The notes under the pieces: model-generated | Told to the model about the DNA's origin: nothing | What the model saw: only the letters and a program-made list of their open reading frames with translations | The model's database searches: none | Program-made: the position numbers and the translations under genes | DNA from: Candidatus Firestoneibacteriota bacterium | GTDB taxonomy: Bacteria; Oederibacteriota; D2-FULL-39-29 | NCBI GenBank assembly: GCA_043804965.1 | Contig: JAZDIO010000219.1 | Coordinates: 1 to 50,974, forward strand | Length of the DNA stretch: 50,974 bases | Direction: 5' to 3' | In this document: piece by piece, positions 36,778 to 45,807 of the stretch | Layout: each line of letters starts with the position of its first letter | Position numbering within the stretch: the first letter of the stretch is position 1

Positions 36778-38865
36778 GTGCTTTTGAGTGTTAGAAAGAT
36801 ATTTTCCAAATATCGGGCGTTAGGTGTTTTTGTCATAATTTCTATTCTTATTGTTATTTCAGGGACTATTATTTTTTTGCATCAGAAAGATCAAAATGAA
36901 AAAAAATTCAGGGAAGAATTAAAAGTAATAGCTGATTTTAAAGTAAAACAAATATCTTCCTGGTATAAAGAACGGATGGATCAGGCGAATTTTGAGTATA
37001 GTGGAGGTGCTTTCGGTTATGCTGTCAGGGATTTAACTGAGCATCCCTCTTCACCATTAGTGCGGTCTAAGTTGGAAGTGTGGTTAAAAAATTATGTTTG
37101 CATCTATGGTTATGAAGGTGCCTCCGTATTTGATAATAAAGGCGGGCTCTTGATGTGTGCGGATAGTAAATCCTGCAGCATGCCCAAAAACTCTGAATTA
37201 GCCCTGACTGCCTTAAAAAATGACCAAATTACCGTAAAAGACATTCATGAAGATCCTGAAAAAGATGTTAACATAGATATTGCGATTCCATTAAAGATTC
37301 AGGATGGAGAAAAAAAATTAAAGACGGGTGTTTTGGTGCTTACTATTAACCCGAAAAACAACCTCTTTCAGATGGTCTTAACCTGGCCGAATGTGAGCCG
37401 GACCGCGGAGTTGATTCTTTTAAGGCGGGAGCAGGATAAAATTGTATTTTTGAGCAAATTAAGGCATGCTGATAACGCGCCTCTGAAATATTCATATGAT
37501 ATTAACAGTAAAAATTTACCAGTAGGTGTTTTTGTTATTTTCAGGGAAATTCAGGGATTTATAAGCGGTTTAGATTACAGGGGTGAAAATGTGTTTGCCT
37601 ACACAACAAAAGTAGCGGATACACCATGGTGGCTGATTGCCAAATTTGATACCAAAGAAGTTCTCAGTCCTGTTTCGCTTGCGGGTAAAAATACTTTATT
37701 AATAGTAGTTTCTCTGCTTTTGATCTGTGTTTTGATAGTATACCTGTTACATTACAGAGACCGCGTGTCTTTGATGAAAGAAAAAATTGCCCTGGAAAAA
37801 GAAAGAGTTGACATTTCTGAGGAGAAAAATTTCTTGTCAAAATATTCAAATGATGTGATTATGGTTATTGACAGGGATTTGAATATACTGGATGTCAGTG
37901 AAAGTGCTGCGCTAATATACGGTTACTCGCGCTGTGAGCTGCTGGATTTGACTGCTGATATGCTTGAACCGCCGGAATTAAGGCAGGGGTTTAAATCAAC
38001 TGTCCATCAAATATATGAATCGGGTGAACTTGTCAAAGAATCCGTAAATATGAAAAAGAACGGTGCAATATTCCCCGTTGAATACAGTACAAGATGTTTT
38101 GAGAGAAATGGAAAACAGCTTCTGCATATGATTGTCAGGGATATTACGGGCAGAAAGCTTCTGGAAGGGCAGCTTATACAGGCGCAAAAACTTGAGGCAG
38201 TAGGACAGCTGGCTTCGGGAGTCTCCCACGAGTTCAATAATCTGCTTACTATTATCAGCCTGGCAATGGAAGAGGCCAAAAGAAAAAATACTCTGGAATT
38301 TTATTCAATAATAACGAATACTGTAATTAAAACGAGCAAACAAGCGGCATCTATAGCCAAGCGCCTGAATGAATTTGCGAAAAAAAGAAAGATTATTTAT
38401 AAAAAACAGACGGTTTTTTCTATTGTGGATTATGTGCTTGAGCTTCTTGATGATCAATTTGCGAAAAAGAATATTCTGATAGAAAAAGAGTATCTTTTTA
38501 ACGAAGAAGTTTATTGTGATGATTATCTCCTTATGCAGGTAATATTGAATGTAATGCAAAATGCCGTTCATGCCGTGAAAAAAGGCGGATTGATAAAGGT
38601 TTCGGTTCGTGAAAAAACCGGTGTAATTTCAGTCGGTGTTAAAGACAATGGCATAGGGATAGCCAAAGAACACCTTGCAAGGTTATTTGATCCTTTTTTC
38701 ACCACTAAAGGGGCTTTTGGCACAGGAGAAGAAGCTGGTACAGGGCTTGGGCTTTCGGTCAGTTACTCTATAATGCAGAGTTTATCCGGCAATATTACCG
38801 TGGAGAGCGCGGAAGGAAAAGGCAGTACTATTACTGTGAATTTCCCTGTTATACGGAGGTTATGA
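36778..38865 (+). CDS. Sensor histidine kinase (periplasmic Cache-like sensor, TM, PAS, HisKA, HATPase_c)
   Basis: Two TM segments flank a ~270-aa extracytoplasmic domain. PAS region, H-box SHEFNNLLT, N/G boxes (NAVHAV, DNGIGI, GTGLGL). Confidence 0.8.
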   Translation: MLLSVRKIFSKYRALGVFVIISILIVISGTIIFLHQKDQNEKKFREELKVIADFKVKQISSWYKERMDQANFEYSGGAFGYAVRDLTEHPSSPLVRSKLEVWLKNYVCIYGYEGASVFDNKGGLLMCADSKSCSMPKNSELALTALKNDQITVKDIHEDPEKDVNIDIAIPLKIQDGEKKLKTGVLVLTINPKNNLFQMVLTWPNVSRTAELILLRREQDKIVFLSKLRHADNAPLKYSYDINSKNLPVGVFVIFREIQGFISGLDYRGENVFAYTTKVADTPWWLIAKFDTKEVLSPVSLAGKNTLLIVVSLLLICVLIVYLLHYRDRVSLMKEKIALEKERVDISEEKNFLSKYSNDVIMVIDRDLNILDVSESAALIYGYSRCELLDLTADMLEPPELRQGFKSTVHQIYESGELVKESVNMKKNGAIFPVEYSTRCFERNGKQLLHMIVRDITGRKLLEGQLIQAQKLEAVGQLASGVSHEFNNLLTIISLAMEEAKRKNTLEFYSIITNTVIKTSKQAASIAKRLNEFAKKRKIIYKKQTVFSIVDYVLELLDDQFAKKNILIEKEYLFNEEVYCDDYLLMQVILNVMQNAVHAVKKGGLIKVSVREKTGVISVGVKDNGIGIAKEHLARLFDPFFTTKGAFGTGEEAGTGLGLSVSYSIMQSLSGNITVESAEGKGSTITVNFPVIRRL

Positions 38866-38938
38866 AAAGAGCGGCTTTTTTAGGTTTTACTGTTATTAGT
38901 TTAGGACAGAACCGGTACGGGAAAGGAAGAGGTGAGAG

Positions 38939-40552
38939 ATGGTTAAACCAAGAATATTGATTATAGACGATGAAGAGATGATAACAGAGCTGGTCAAAGA
39001 GATACTAAGCGATACTTATGATATTGAGAGCTCTAATTCATCTGTGCAGGGCGTTGAAAAAATAAAAGAGGGGTTTTACAATATTGTCCTTTCAGATCTT
39101 AGGATGCCCGGGTTGGACGGTATAGGTGTCCTTCAGAAGGTTAAAGAGTATTCGCCGAAAACGGATGTAATCATAATGACCGGCTTTGCAACCATTGACT
39201 CTGCGGTTGAGACCATTAAGTTTGGGGCTTTTGATTATATTACAAAACCGTTTGAAATTGATCATTTAAGGCAAAAAATTGAAAACTCCCTGGAAAAGCA
39301 AAAACTTAATGCGGAAGTTGGAAACTTAAAAGATATTGTTTCCATCTATGAAGTTTCAAAAGCATTGAGTTCCTCCATGGGATTGACACAAATGCTTCAG
39401 TTGATTCTTGATATAGGATGCAAACTGTTAAACGGCGACTCCGGTTCTATTATGCTGATGGATGATAACACTCAAGAGCTGGTTATCGGCGCTCATGTAG
39501 GGTTAAAAGAGGCGTTAGTGAAAAATTTAAGGGTGAAATTGGGGGATAACATAGCGGGCTGGGTTGCGGAAAAACAGGAAACGGTACTCCTGCTAAACGG
39601 TCTTGAGAATGATAAGAGGTTCTCTGATCAGGAACCGAGGAAAGAAATAAAGAGTTCCATGGTGACAGTCTTAAAAAACGATGATAAGGTGATTGGTGTT
39701 ATCTCCATTAATTCCTTGAAAAGCGTTAATTTCTTTGATCAGAGGGCTTTGAAAATATTTTCTATTTTTGCAAATAACGCAGCTTTTGCCATAAAAGAAG
39801 CAAAAATTTATGACAGGTTAAAAGAGCTTGACCGGTTGAAGTCAGAGTTTGTTTCCAGTGTGTCACATGAGTTAAAAACTCCGCTTACGTCCATAAGCGC
39901 TTCAATAGAAATGATTGTCGGAGGTTATGCAGGGGATATTTCACCGGATGTAAAACACTTCATGAATATTATTAAAAATAATGCCGACCGTCTGGTGAGA
40001 CTGGTAAATAATGTCCTTGATTTTTCAAGAGTTGATGCGGGAGTAATGTTAGTAACTAAAACTCCAATAGGTATAACGGGTCTTGTCAAAGCGGTAGTAG
40101 AGGAACTTACTCCGCTTGCAAGACAGAAAGGCCTGACAATAGTTGCTGAAGTTGTGCCGAATGAGGTGATATTGAAGGGTGATGCAAACAGGATAAAGCA
40201 GGTTTTGGTAAATCTTGTCGGTAATGCATTGAAATTTTGCAGTACAGGCCGTATTTTTGTGGGGGTTTCCGAAGCAGAGACTGAGATTAAAATATGGGTA
40301 AAAGATGAGGGGCCGGGAATACCGGAAGATAAACAATTACGTATTTTTGAAAAATTCTTCAGAGTTGATAACAGTTTAAGGCGCGATACCGCCGGTTTTG
40401 GCATTGGTCTTACATTAAGTAAAAGTATTGTTGAAGCTCACGGCGGCAGGATCTGGTTTGAGAGCGTGACCGGAAAAGGAACTACTTTTTACTTTACTTT
40501 GCCAAAAGGGAATAACAATGATGAGAGGAGACAGCAATGTCTAAAATTCTGA
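38939..40552 (+). CDS. Hybrid response regulator-histidine kinase (REC, GAF, HisKA, HATPase_c)
   Basis: REC domain with LSDLRMPGLDG, GAF region, H-box SHELKTPLT, GxGxG boxes (DEGPGI, GFGIGL). Confidence 0.8.
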   Translation: MVKPRILIIDDEEMITELVKEILSDTYDIESSNSSVQGVEKIKEGFYNIVLSDLRMPGLDGIGVLQKVKEYSPKTDVIIMTGFATIDSAVETIKFGAFDYITKPFEIDHLRQKIENSLEKQKLNAEVGNLKDIVSIYEVSKALSSSMGLTQMLQLILDIGCKLLNGDSGSIMLMDDNTQELVIGAHVGLKEALVKNLRVKLGDNIAGWVAEKQETVLLLNGLENDKRFSDQEPRKEIKSSMVTVLKNDDKVIGVISINSLKSVNFFDQRALKIFSIFANNAAFAIKEAKIYDRLKELDRLKSEFVSSVSHELKTPLTSISASIEMIVGGYAGDISPDVKHFMNIIKNNADRLVRLVNNVLDFSRVDAGVMLVTKTPIGITGLVKAVVEELTPLARQKGLTIVAEVVPNEVILKGDANRIKQVLVNLVGNALKFCSTGRIFVGVSEAETEIKIWVKDEGPGIPEDKQLRIFEKFFRVDNSLRRDTAGFGIGLTLSKSIVEAHGGRIWFESVTGKGTTFYFTLPKGNNNDERRQQCLKF

Positions 40553-40911
40553 TAGCTGAAGATGAAACGGATATATCGTTTATAATTGAGACTGTTTTAA
40601 AAAAGATCGGGCATGTTGTAATGACTGCGTTTGACGGAGAAACCGCTCTGGCTAAAGCTACGGCTGAAAAACCCGACCTGATACTTCTGGATATTATGAT
40701 GCCAAAAATGGACGGGTTTACGATAAACTCCAGGCTCAAGGAGAATCCGAAAACAAAAGATATTAAAGTCCTGATAATGACCGCGAAAGGCGGGATGAAA
40801 GGGCTTTTTGATCTGGGAAAAAGGTATTCGGTTAACGGCTATATGGAAAAGCCGTTTCAGGTTAATATGCTCCTGGATAAAATTAAAGAAGTGCTGGAGG
40901 AAAAAAATTAA
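40537..40911 (+). CDS. Single-domain CheY-like response regulator
   Basis: ILIAEDE, phosphoacceptor context LILLDIMMPKMDG, MTAKG. Overlaps the upstream kinase by 16 nt. Confidence 0.85.
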   Translation: MSKILIAEDETDISFIIETVLKKIGHVVMTAFDGETALAKATAEKPDLILLDIMMPKMDGFTINSRLKENPKTKDIKVLIMTAKGGMKGLFDLGKRYSVNGYMEKPFQVNMLLDKIKEVLEEKN

Positions 40912-40914
40912 ATC

Positions 40915-42159
40915 ATGAGAAAACAATTATTTTTGGGAGCGGTAACAGGGTTGTTTATTTACTTATCCTTTGAAAGTTATGCCGCCGGTACGGATACAGC
41001 TGAAAAATACTTTGAAGCCGGTTTGCAAAAATATATCAAAGGTGATGCCGGAGCTTCCATTAAAGTGCTTGAGGATGCCGTCAAGTCTGACAAAGACAAC
41101 GCCAGGTATAAAAACTTTCTTATTAAGGTGCTTGTGGAGAAAGGTTCGGAATTTTATCTTCAGAAGAAAACCAGAGAAGCTTACCCTTACTTTGAAAAAG
41201 CAAAGCAGTATGACCCTGAAAATAAAGAAGCCGGTGATATGTACTCCGTTTTAAGAAAGGAATTATTCCCCGAGGGAAGTGCGTCTGATAATGCTTTTCC
41301 TGAAACAAATATCGAAAAGTTTTCGAAAATGCTGGCGGAGTTTCAGAAGACACAGCAGCAGTTGATAGATAAATCTTTCGGTGATAAAGAACAGACTTTA
41401 AAGGGTGTGCTGAGTAAATCCAGCGAAGAACATCAGCAGTTCCTGAATTATCAGACGAAAAGGGAGGATGATATTAAAAATATCATAAAAGAAAATAAGG
41501 CTGCGGTGATAAAAAATTTTAACAGCGCAATAATCATATTCATATTCGGGATAATAGTGGTAGCGGTGGTTTTGGTGTACTTTCTTTTTAAGCGTTCTGC
41601 AAAACGGGAAACTTCCTTCCTGCAGCATCAGGAAAAGATACTGCAGGATATGGTTCAAAATGCGGAAGTAAATACCAACAGGATGTTGGGTTCTTCTTCC
41701 CCTTTTGAATTGATAGAAGGATCTCATCCGAAAAACAGGGTAAAAGGCGTGAAAATAATAGAGACTGAACTTGTGGAGGAAACTGATTTTGAAGTGGCCC
41801 AGCGTCTTTTAATCCCATTTCTGGAAGATAAAGACTTTGAAGTACGGGCAAATGCTGCAAAGACACTTTATAAATATAATCATGAGAAGGCTCTGTATAT
41901 TCTTAAAGGAATGGGTAAGAGTAAAAACAGATTTGAGCGCCTTAATTCTGTTTTTGCGCTGGGAGAAATTGGAGATATGGAAAGTTCAAAAATACTGCTT
42001 TCTTTGATAGAGGACCGCGATTATCATATAAAAAGAAATGTATTGAAATTTCTCCAGAAAATCATCAGAACAAAAAAAGAAATATTTGAGGCGGAATTAT
42101 TTGAGAAAATATCGAAGAAATTAACGGAGATAAAAATAAAGGAAGGCTGGATAATATAA
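40915..42159 (+). CDS. Bitopic membrane protein: periplasmic TPR-like domain, TM helix, cytoplasmic HEAT repeats
   Basis: Signal peptide, TPR-like helices (AEKYFEAGL..., AYPYFEKAKQYDPEN), TM helix AIIIFIFGIIVVAVVLVYFLF, and HEAT/PBS-lyase-like repeats (DFEVRANAAKTL, RLNSVFALGEIGD, DYHIKRNVLKFL). Confidence 0.6.
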   Translation: MRKQLFLGAVTGLFIYLSFESYAAGTDTAEKYFEAGLQKYIKGDAGASIKVLEDAVKSDKDNARYKNFLIKVLVEKGSEFYLQKKTREAYPYFEKAKQYDPENKEAGDMYSVLRKELFPEGSASDNAFPETNIEKFSKMLAEFQKTQQQLIDKSFGDKEQTLKGVLSKSSEEHQQFLNYQTKREDDIKNIIKENKAAVIKNFNSAIIIFIFGIIVVAVVLVYFLFKRSAKRETSFLQHQEKILQDMVQNAEVNTNRMLGSSSPFELIEGSHPKNRVKGVKIIETELVEETDFEVAQRLLIPFLEDKDFEVRANAAKTLYKYNHEKALYILKGMGKSKNRFERLNSVFALGEIGDMESSKILLSLIEDRDYHIKRNVLKFLQKIIRTKKEIFEAELFEKISKKLTEIKIKEGWII

Positions 42160-42172
42160 TTTAGAAATAACA

Positions 42173-42201
42173 TTGAAATCAAGCAGGGGATACAGTATAA
42201 T
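42173..42201 (+). promoter_or_regulatory. Sigma70-type promoter positioned for a leaderless AUG at 42209
   Basis: TTGAAA (42173-42178), a 17-nt spacer, then TATAAT (42196-42201). ATG 42209 begins 8 nt after the -10 element and has no SD. Confidence 0.55.
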
Positions 42202-42208
42202 AAAAAAC

Positions 42209-42356
42209 ATGGTACTTAAAAAGGGGAAGGTAATTTCTTTTTATTTCTTCAAAAAGCGGAAATGGAGCTTCTTTCATCTCTGTCAATCTTTCGATTTATC
42301 TCGCAGGTTTTGAAAAAACAGTATTACTTGACACTGAAACGGATTCTACTGCGGTT
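42209..42356 (+). other. Out-of-frame N-terminal extension of the CpaF-like gene (start of a ParA/TadZ-like domain, 1-nt frame change in a T5 run)
   Basis: ATG 42209 encodes MVLKKGKVISF in one frame. From 42234 the frame of the main ORF reads FLFISSKSGNGASFISVNLSIYLAGFEKTVLLDTETDSTAV and continues into Met 42357. Removing one T from 42238-42242 joins the two frames. Confidence 0.55.
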
Positions 42357-44231
42357 ATGCTGGATTTAGAGCTGGACAAAGCTGCCCAAAAGCTTCTTGG
42401 GGCAAAATTAAATTCTGAAGCTTTTATAAGTCTGCTTCCGCTGCATTCTTCAGGACTTTACTCTGCTGCTGTAGATTATGGAAAAAAGGAGCGGTCGGAT
42501 ATTTTTTCAGGGGTTCTTCTCCCAAATTTTGAAAATATAGTGTTTAATGCCGGATCTTTAGAGAAAAATATGGCTGATATTTTTGAAAACTCTTTATTAA
42601 TATTCCTGGTTGTTACTCCGGATCTGATTTCTCTTAAAGCCGCCGAGAGTACATTGTCAAAGCTGGCGGAGTTTCATATAAATCTTGATAAGGTCCAAAT
42701 TATACTGAATAAGACGCATCCGTCACTTGGTTTGGATGAAAAAACAGTGGAAAAGATGCTTCACAGGCGGATAGCCTGTTCCATTCCTTTCGGCCTTGAA
42801 GCAAGTATCAGCATAAATAACGGAAAGCCGCTTGTTTTATCCGCCCCCGATTCTCCGATTACTAGCGCAATAAAGGGGCTGGCAAGAATTGTGGAATCTT
42901 CAGAAGCTGTTTCAATCAAATTTGAAGGGGCGGAGACGGTTCAAAAATACATTATTGACGAAACGGCTCTAAAAGAGAAAATACATCTGAAACTTATCAA
43001 GCTTCTTTCTGGAATGAACATAGACATAGAAAGCTTTGTGGATTTGAAAAAACGTGGAGAATTGGAAATTATAGTTAAAAAAGTTATAGAGGAAATATTT
43101 GCCTCGGATATTAAGGAGCCAAAAGATAAAACGAAAAGGGAAATATTAATGAAAGAGATTCTTCAGGAGGCCCTGGGACTCGGGCCCCTGGAGGACCTGA
43201 TTGGGGATTCCGATATAACCGAAATAATGGTTAACAGCAAAGACCTGGTTTATGTGGAAAAGAAAGGTAAAATAATATTATCCGGAAAGAAATTTATTTC
43301 AGATAAACAGCTTCTTGCCTGCATAGAAAGGATTGTTGCTCCTACAGGAAGAAGAATAGATGAAAGTGTCCCGATGGTGGATGCCCGTCTTCTGGACGGC
43401 TCCAGAGTAAACGCGATAATCCCTCCTCTTGCCCTTAAAGGGCCGTCTCTTACGATAAGAAAATTTTCAAGAGAACGTCTTGGAATAAAAGACCTTATCA
43501 GATTTGGTTCAATTACCGCATCAGCCGCGGAATTTTTAAGGGTATGCGTGCTTTTAAGGAAAAATATAGTAATTAGCGGCGGTACCGGTTCGGGAAAGAC
43601 CACGCTGTTGAATATTGTTTCCTCTTTTATCCCGAAAGACGAAAGAATTATTACCATAGAGGATTCAGCCGAGCTTAATCTGCTGCAGGAGCATGTCGTT
43701 ACGCTGGAATCTCGCCTTCCGAATATCGAAGGACGGGGAGCCGTTACTATAAGAGAACTGGTAAAAAATACGTTAAGAATGCGCCCCGACAGGATTGTTG
43801 TAGGAGAATGCCGCGGCGGCGAAGCCCTGGATATGCTTCAGGCGATGAATACAGGCCATGACGGGTCGTTAACGACTCTTCACAGCAATTCTCCGAGAGA
43901 TGCCCTGTCCCGTCTTGAAACGATGGTTCTTATGTCGGGAATGGAATTGCCATTAAAAGCGATTCGTGAACAGATTGCGTCAGCCGTGGATTTAATTGTA
44001 CATCAGGAGAGGTTTAAAGACGGCACGAGAAGGATTACGCATATTACCGAAATAGCAGACATGGAAGGCGATGTAATAACCACTCAGGATTTGTTCGTTT
44101 TTAAACAGGTTGAAAGTTCGTCAGATGGCAGTATTTCAGGTAAGCTTTTACCTTCCGGAATAATTCCGGGCTTTATTGAGGAGATAGTATTAACGGAAAA
44201 AGAATTTGACAGGAGCATATTCATAAATTAG
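42357..44231 (+). CDS. CpaF/TadA-family secretion ATPase with an N-terminal ParA/TadZ(CpaE)-like domain
   Basis: C-terminal half: Walker A GGTGSGKTT, ITIEDSAEL, VVGECRGGEA, GHDGSLTTLH. N-terminal ~190 aa: VVTPDLISLKAAESTLSKL..., typical of CpaE/MinD-fold proteins. Confidence 0.8.
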   Translation: MLDLELDKAAQKLLGAKLNSEAFISLLPLHSSGLYSAAVDYGKKERSDIFSGVLLPNFENIVFNAGSLEKNMADIFENSLLIFLVVTPDLISLKAAESTLSKLAEFHINLDKVQIILNKTHPSLGLDEKTVEKMLHRRIACSIPFGLEASISINNGKPLVLSAPDSPITSAIKGLARIVESSEAVSIKFEGAETVQKYIIDETALKEKIHLKLIKLLSGMNIDIESFVDLKKRGELEIIVKKVIEEIFASDIKEPKDKTKREILMKEILQEALGLGPLEDLIGDSDITEIMVNSKDLVYVEKKGKIILSGKKFISDKQLLACIERIVAPTGRRIDESVPMVDARLLDGSRVNAIIPPLALKGPSLTIRKFSRERLGIKDLIRFGSITASAAEFLRVCVLLRKNIVISGGTGSGKTTLLNIVSSFIPKDERIITIEDSAELNLLQEHVVTLESRLPNIEGRGAVTIRELVKNTLRMRPDRIVVGECRGGEALDMLQAMNTGHDGSLTTLHSNSPRDALSRLETMVLMSGMELPLKAIREQIASAVDLIVHQERFKDGTRRITHITEIADMEGDVITTQDLFVFKQVESSSDGSISGKLLPSGIIPGFIEEIVLTEKEFDRSIFIN

Positions 44232-44356
44232 CCCCTATAAAAGCAGGGATAATAAGGTCTCAAAAAATTTAAAGTACGCAATGTGAAAAACCTTACCTTG
44301 CAAAATGGCACAGTTTTATTATAAAATACTTATAGAAAATATACTAGGAGGTGGGT

Positions 44357-45718
44357 ATGAAGAGATTGATAGGATTAATTTGTGTAATGATGTTTGTTTT
44401 CTTTAATACCGGCATTGCCGAGGAAATTCAAAAGAAAGCTGTAGTAGGATACCTGAAAGGGACGGTAAAGATTACCAGAAAAGCAGAAAATAATCAGGTA
44501 TATGCAAAACTTGGGATGATTCTTCTTCCAGGGGACAAAATAGAAACCGGAGCAGACAGCAAAGTGGAGCTGAAACTTGAAGACGGTTCAAATTTCAGGA
44601 TAGGTGATAATTCTTCGGTGGTTATAGAGGAGATGAAGAGGGAAAACGACACTGATAAATCTACCATGAAAGTCATCTTTGGGCGCGTCTGGATGAATAT
44701 TAAAAAAGCCCTGGACAGCAACCCAAAGGATTCAAAGATAGTCACCCCGAAAGTTACCGCGGCGGTTAAGGGTACCACTTACAGGGCGGATGTTGATAAA
44801 GACGGTGAAGCTACTGTTAATGTTTATGACGGTGCAGTGGTCGTAGCTAAAGACGGAAAAGAAGAGGAAGTTAATAAATTTGAAAAGGTGGACTCAAAGG
44901 ATCTTCTTAAATCTAAATTTGACGAAGCTGAGGACGCAAAAGACGATTGGGTGAAATGGAATAAAAACCGGGACAAAATAAGGATTATGGTTGTTTTTAC
45001 GGAAAAAGTTAACGGGCAGCTTTCTATGATTCCCTTGTCTGAGGTTATTTTTGCGGAAGAACTCTTAAAGAATTATCTTTATTCGGTTGTTGATCAGGCA
45101 ACTTTAAATCAGATTCGTGAAAATGAAAAACTTAAAGCTGCTTTGACTGATGATAAAGACGGAAAAAAAGCGGCGGCGGCAGGCCTTGAGTTTGGAGCGG
45201 ATATAATCATTACCGGCCAGGTAGATGCTTCTGCCTTAAATACCGGGGCAGCTTACGGCATGATTACCGGAATAGCTGATATGAGAATTAAAGTTGTGAA
45301 GTGTGATACTGCGGAAATAGTTGCGGCCAAGCAGAGGCAGGAGCGCCAGCCTGATGTAATTGTGCAGGGTGCTTTTAACGGTGCTGTAAGAAAGGCTTCT
45401 TCAAAGCTTGTTGCGGAAATCAATGATGAGATAGTCAAATCCTGGAAAAAGGAAGCATTGAAAGGAGCTTCTATTAATATATCCCTATACAATGTGGCTT
45501 TTGAAAAGCTGGAAGCGGTCAGAAATGCCATCTCAGGTATTTCAGGGGTGAAAAATGTCAATCAGGTTTCTTTTGTAGGCGGCCGAGCGTTACTTACGGC
45601 GGCTTTTTCCGGAGACAGCCTTACTTTGGCTGAAAAAGCAGCAGAAATAAACCTGAAGGATATTAAGCTCAATGTTGTTGGTATTTCTATGAATAGGATT
45701 GAAATAGAAATTAACTGA
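44357..45718 (+). CDS. Secreted FecR-domain protein fused to a CsgG/LpoB-fold-like domain and a C-terminal alpha/beta domain
   Basis: Signal peptide. FecR-like GYLKGTVKI...LLPGDKIETGADSKVELKLEDGSNFRIGDNSSV. The middle region (...GADIIITGQVDA...IKVVKCDTAEIVAA...) resembles the CsgG-like protein at 29307. AGGAGG lies 5 nt before ATG 44357. Confidence 0.55.
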   Translation: MKRLIGLICVMMFVFFNTGIAEEIQKKAVVGYLKGTVKITRKAENNQVYAKLGMILLPGDKIETGADSKVELKLEDGSNFRIGDNSSVVIEEMKRENDTDKSTMKVIFGRVWMNIKKALDSNPKDSKIVTPKVTAAVKGTTYRADVDKDGEATVNVYDGAVVVAKDGKEEEVNKFEKVDSKDLLKSKFDEAEDAKDDWVKWNKNRDKIRIMVVFTEKVNGQLSMIPLSEVIFAEELLKNYLYSVVDQATLNQIRENEKLKAALTDDKDGKKAAAAGLEFGADIIITGQVDASALNTGAAYGMITGIADMRIKVVKCDTAEIVAAKQRQERQPDVIVQGAFNGAVRKASSKLVAEINDEIVKSWKKEALKGASINISLYNVAFEKLEAVRNAISGISGVKNVNQVSFVGGRALLTAAFSGDSLTLAEKAAEINLKDIKLNVVGISMNRIEIEIN

Positions 45719-45761
45719 TAAAATATTGTAACAATTTCAGGCCTGTTTTATGTTAAAATAG

Positions 45762-45790
45762 AGCGCGGGGAATAATAACCCCGCGCTTTT
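45762..45790 (+). terminator. Rho-independent terminator
   Basis: AGCGCGGGG (45762-45770), loop AATAATAA, CCCCGCGCT (45779-45787), then TTTT. Confidence 0.75.
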
Positions 45791-45807
45791 AGTTAAAAGG
45801 TGGGTTG

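Noticed and set aside
44306-44320. TGGCAC resembling a sigma54 -24 element upstream of the FecR-domain gene
   Set aside because: The -12 position reads TTAT rather than TTGC/GC. No enhancer-binding protein (AAA+ sigma54 activator) is encoded nearby.
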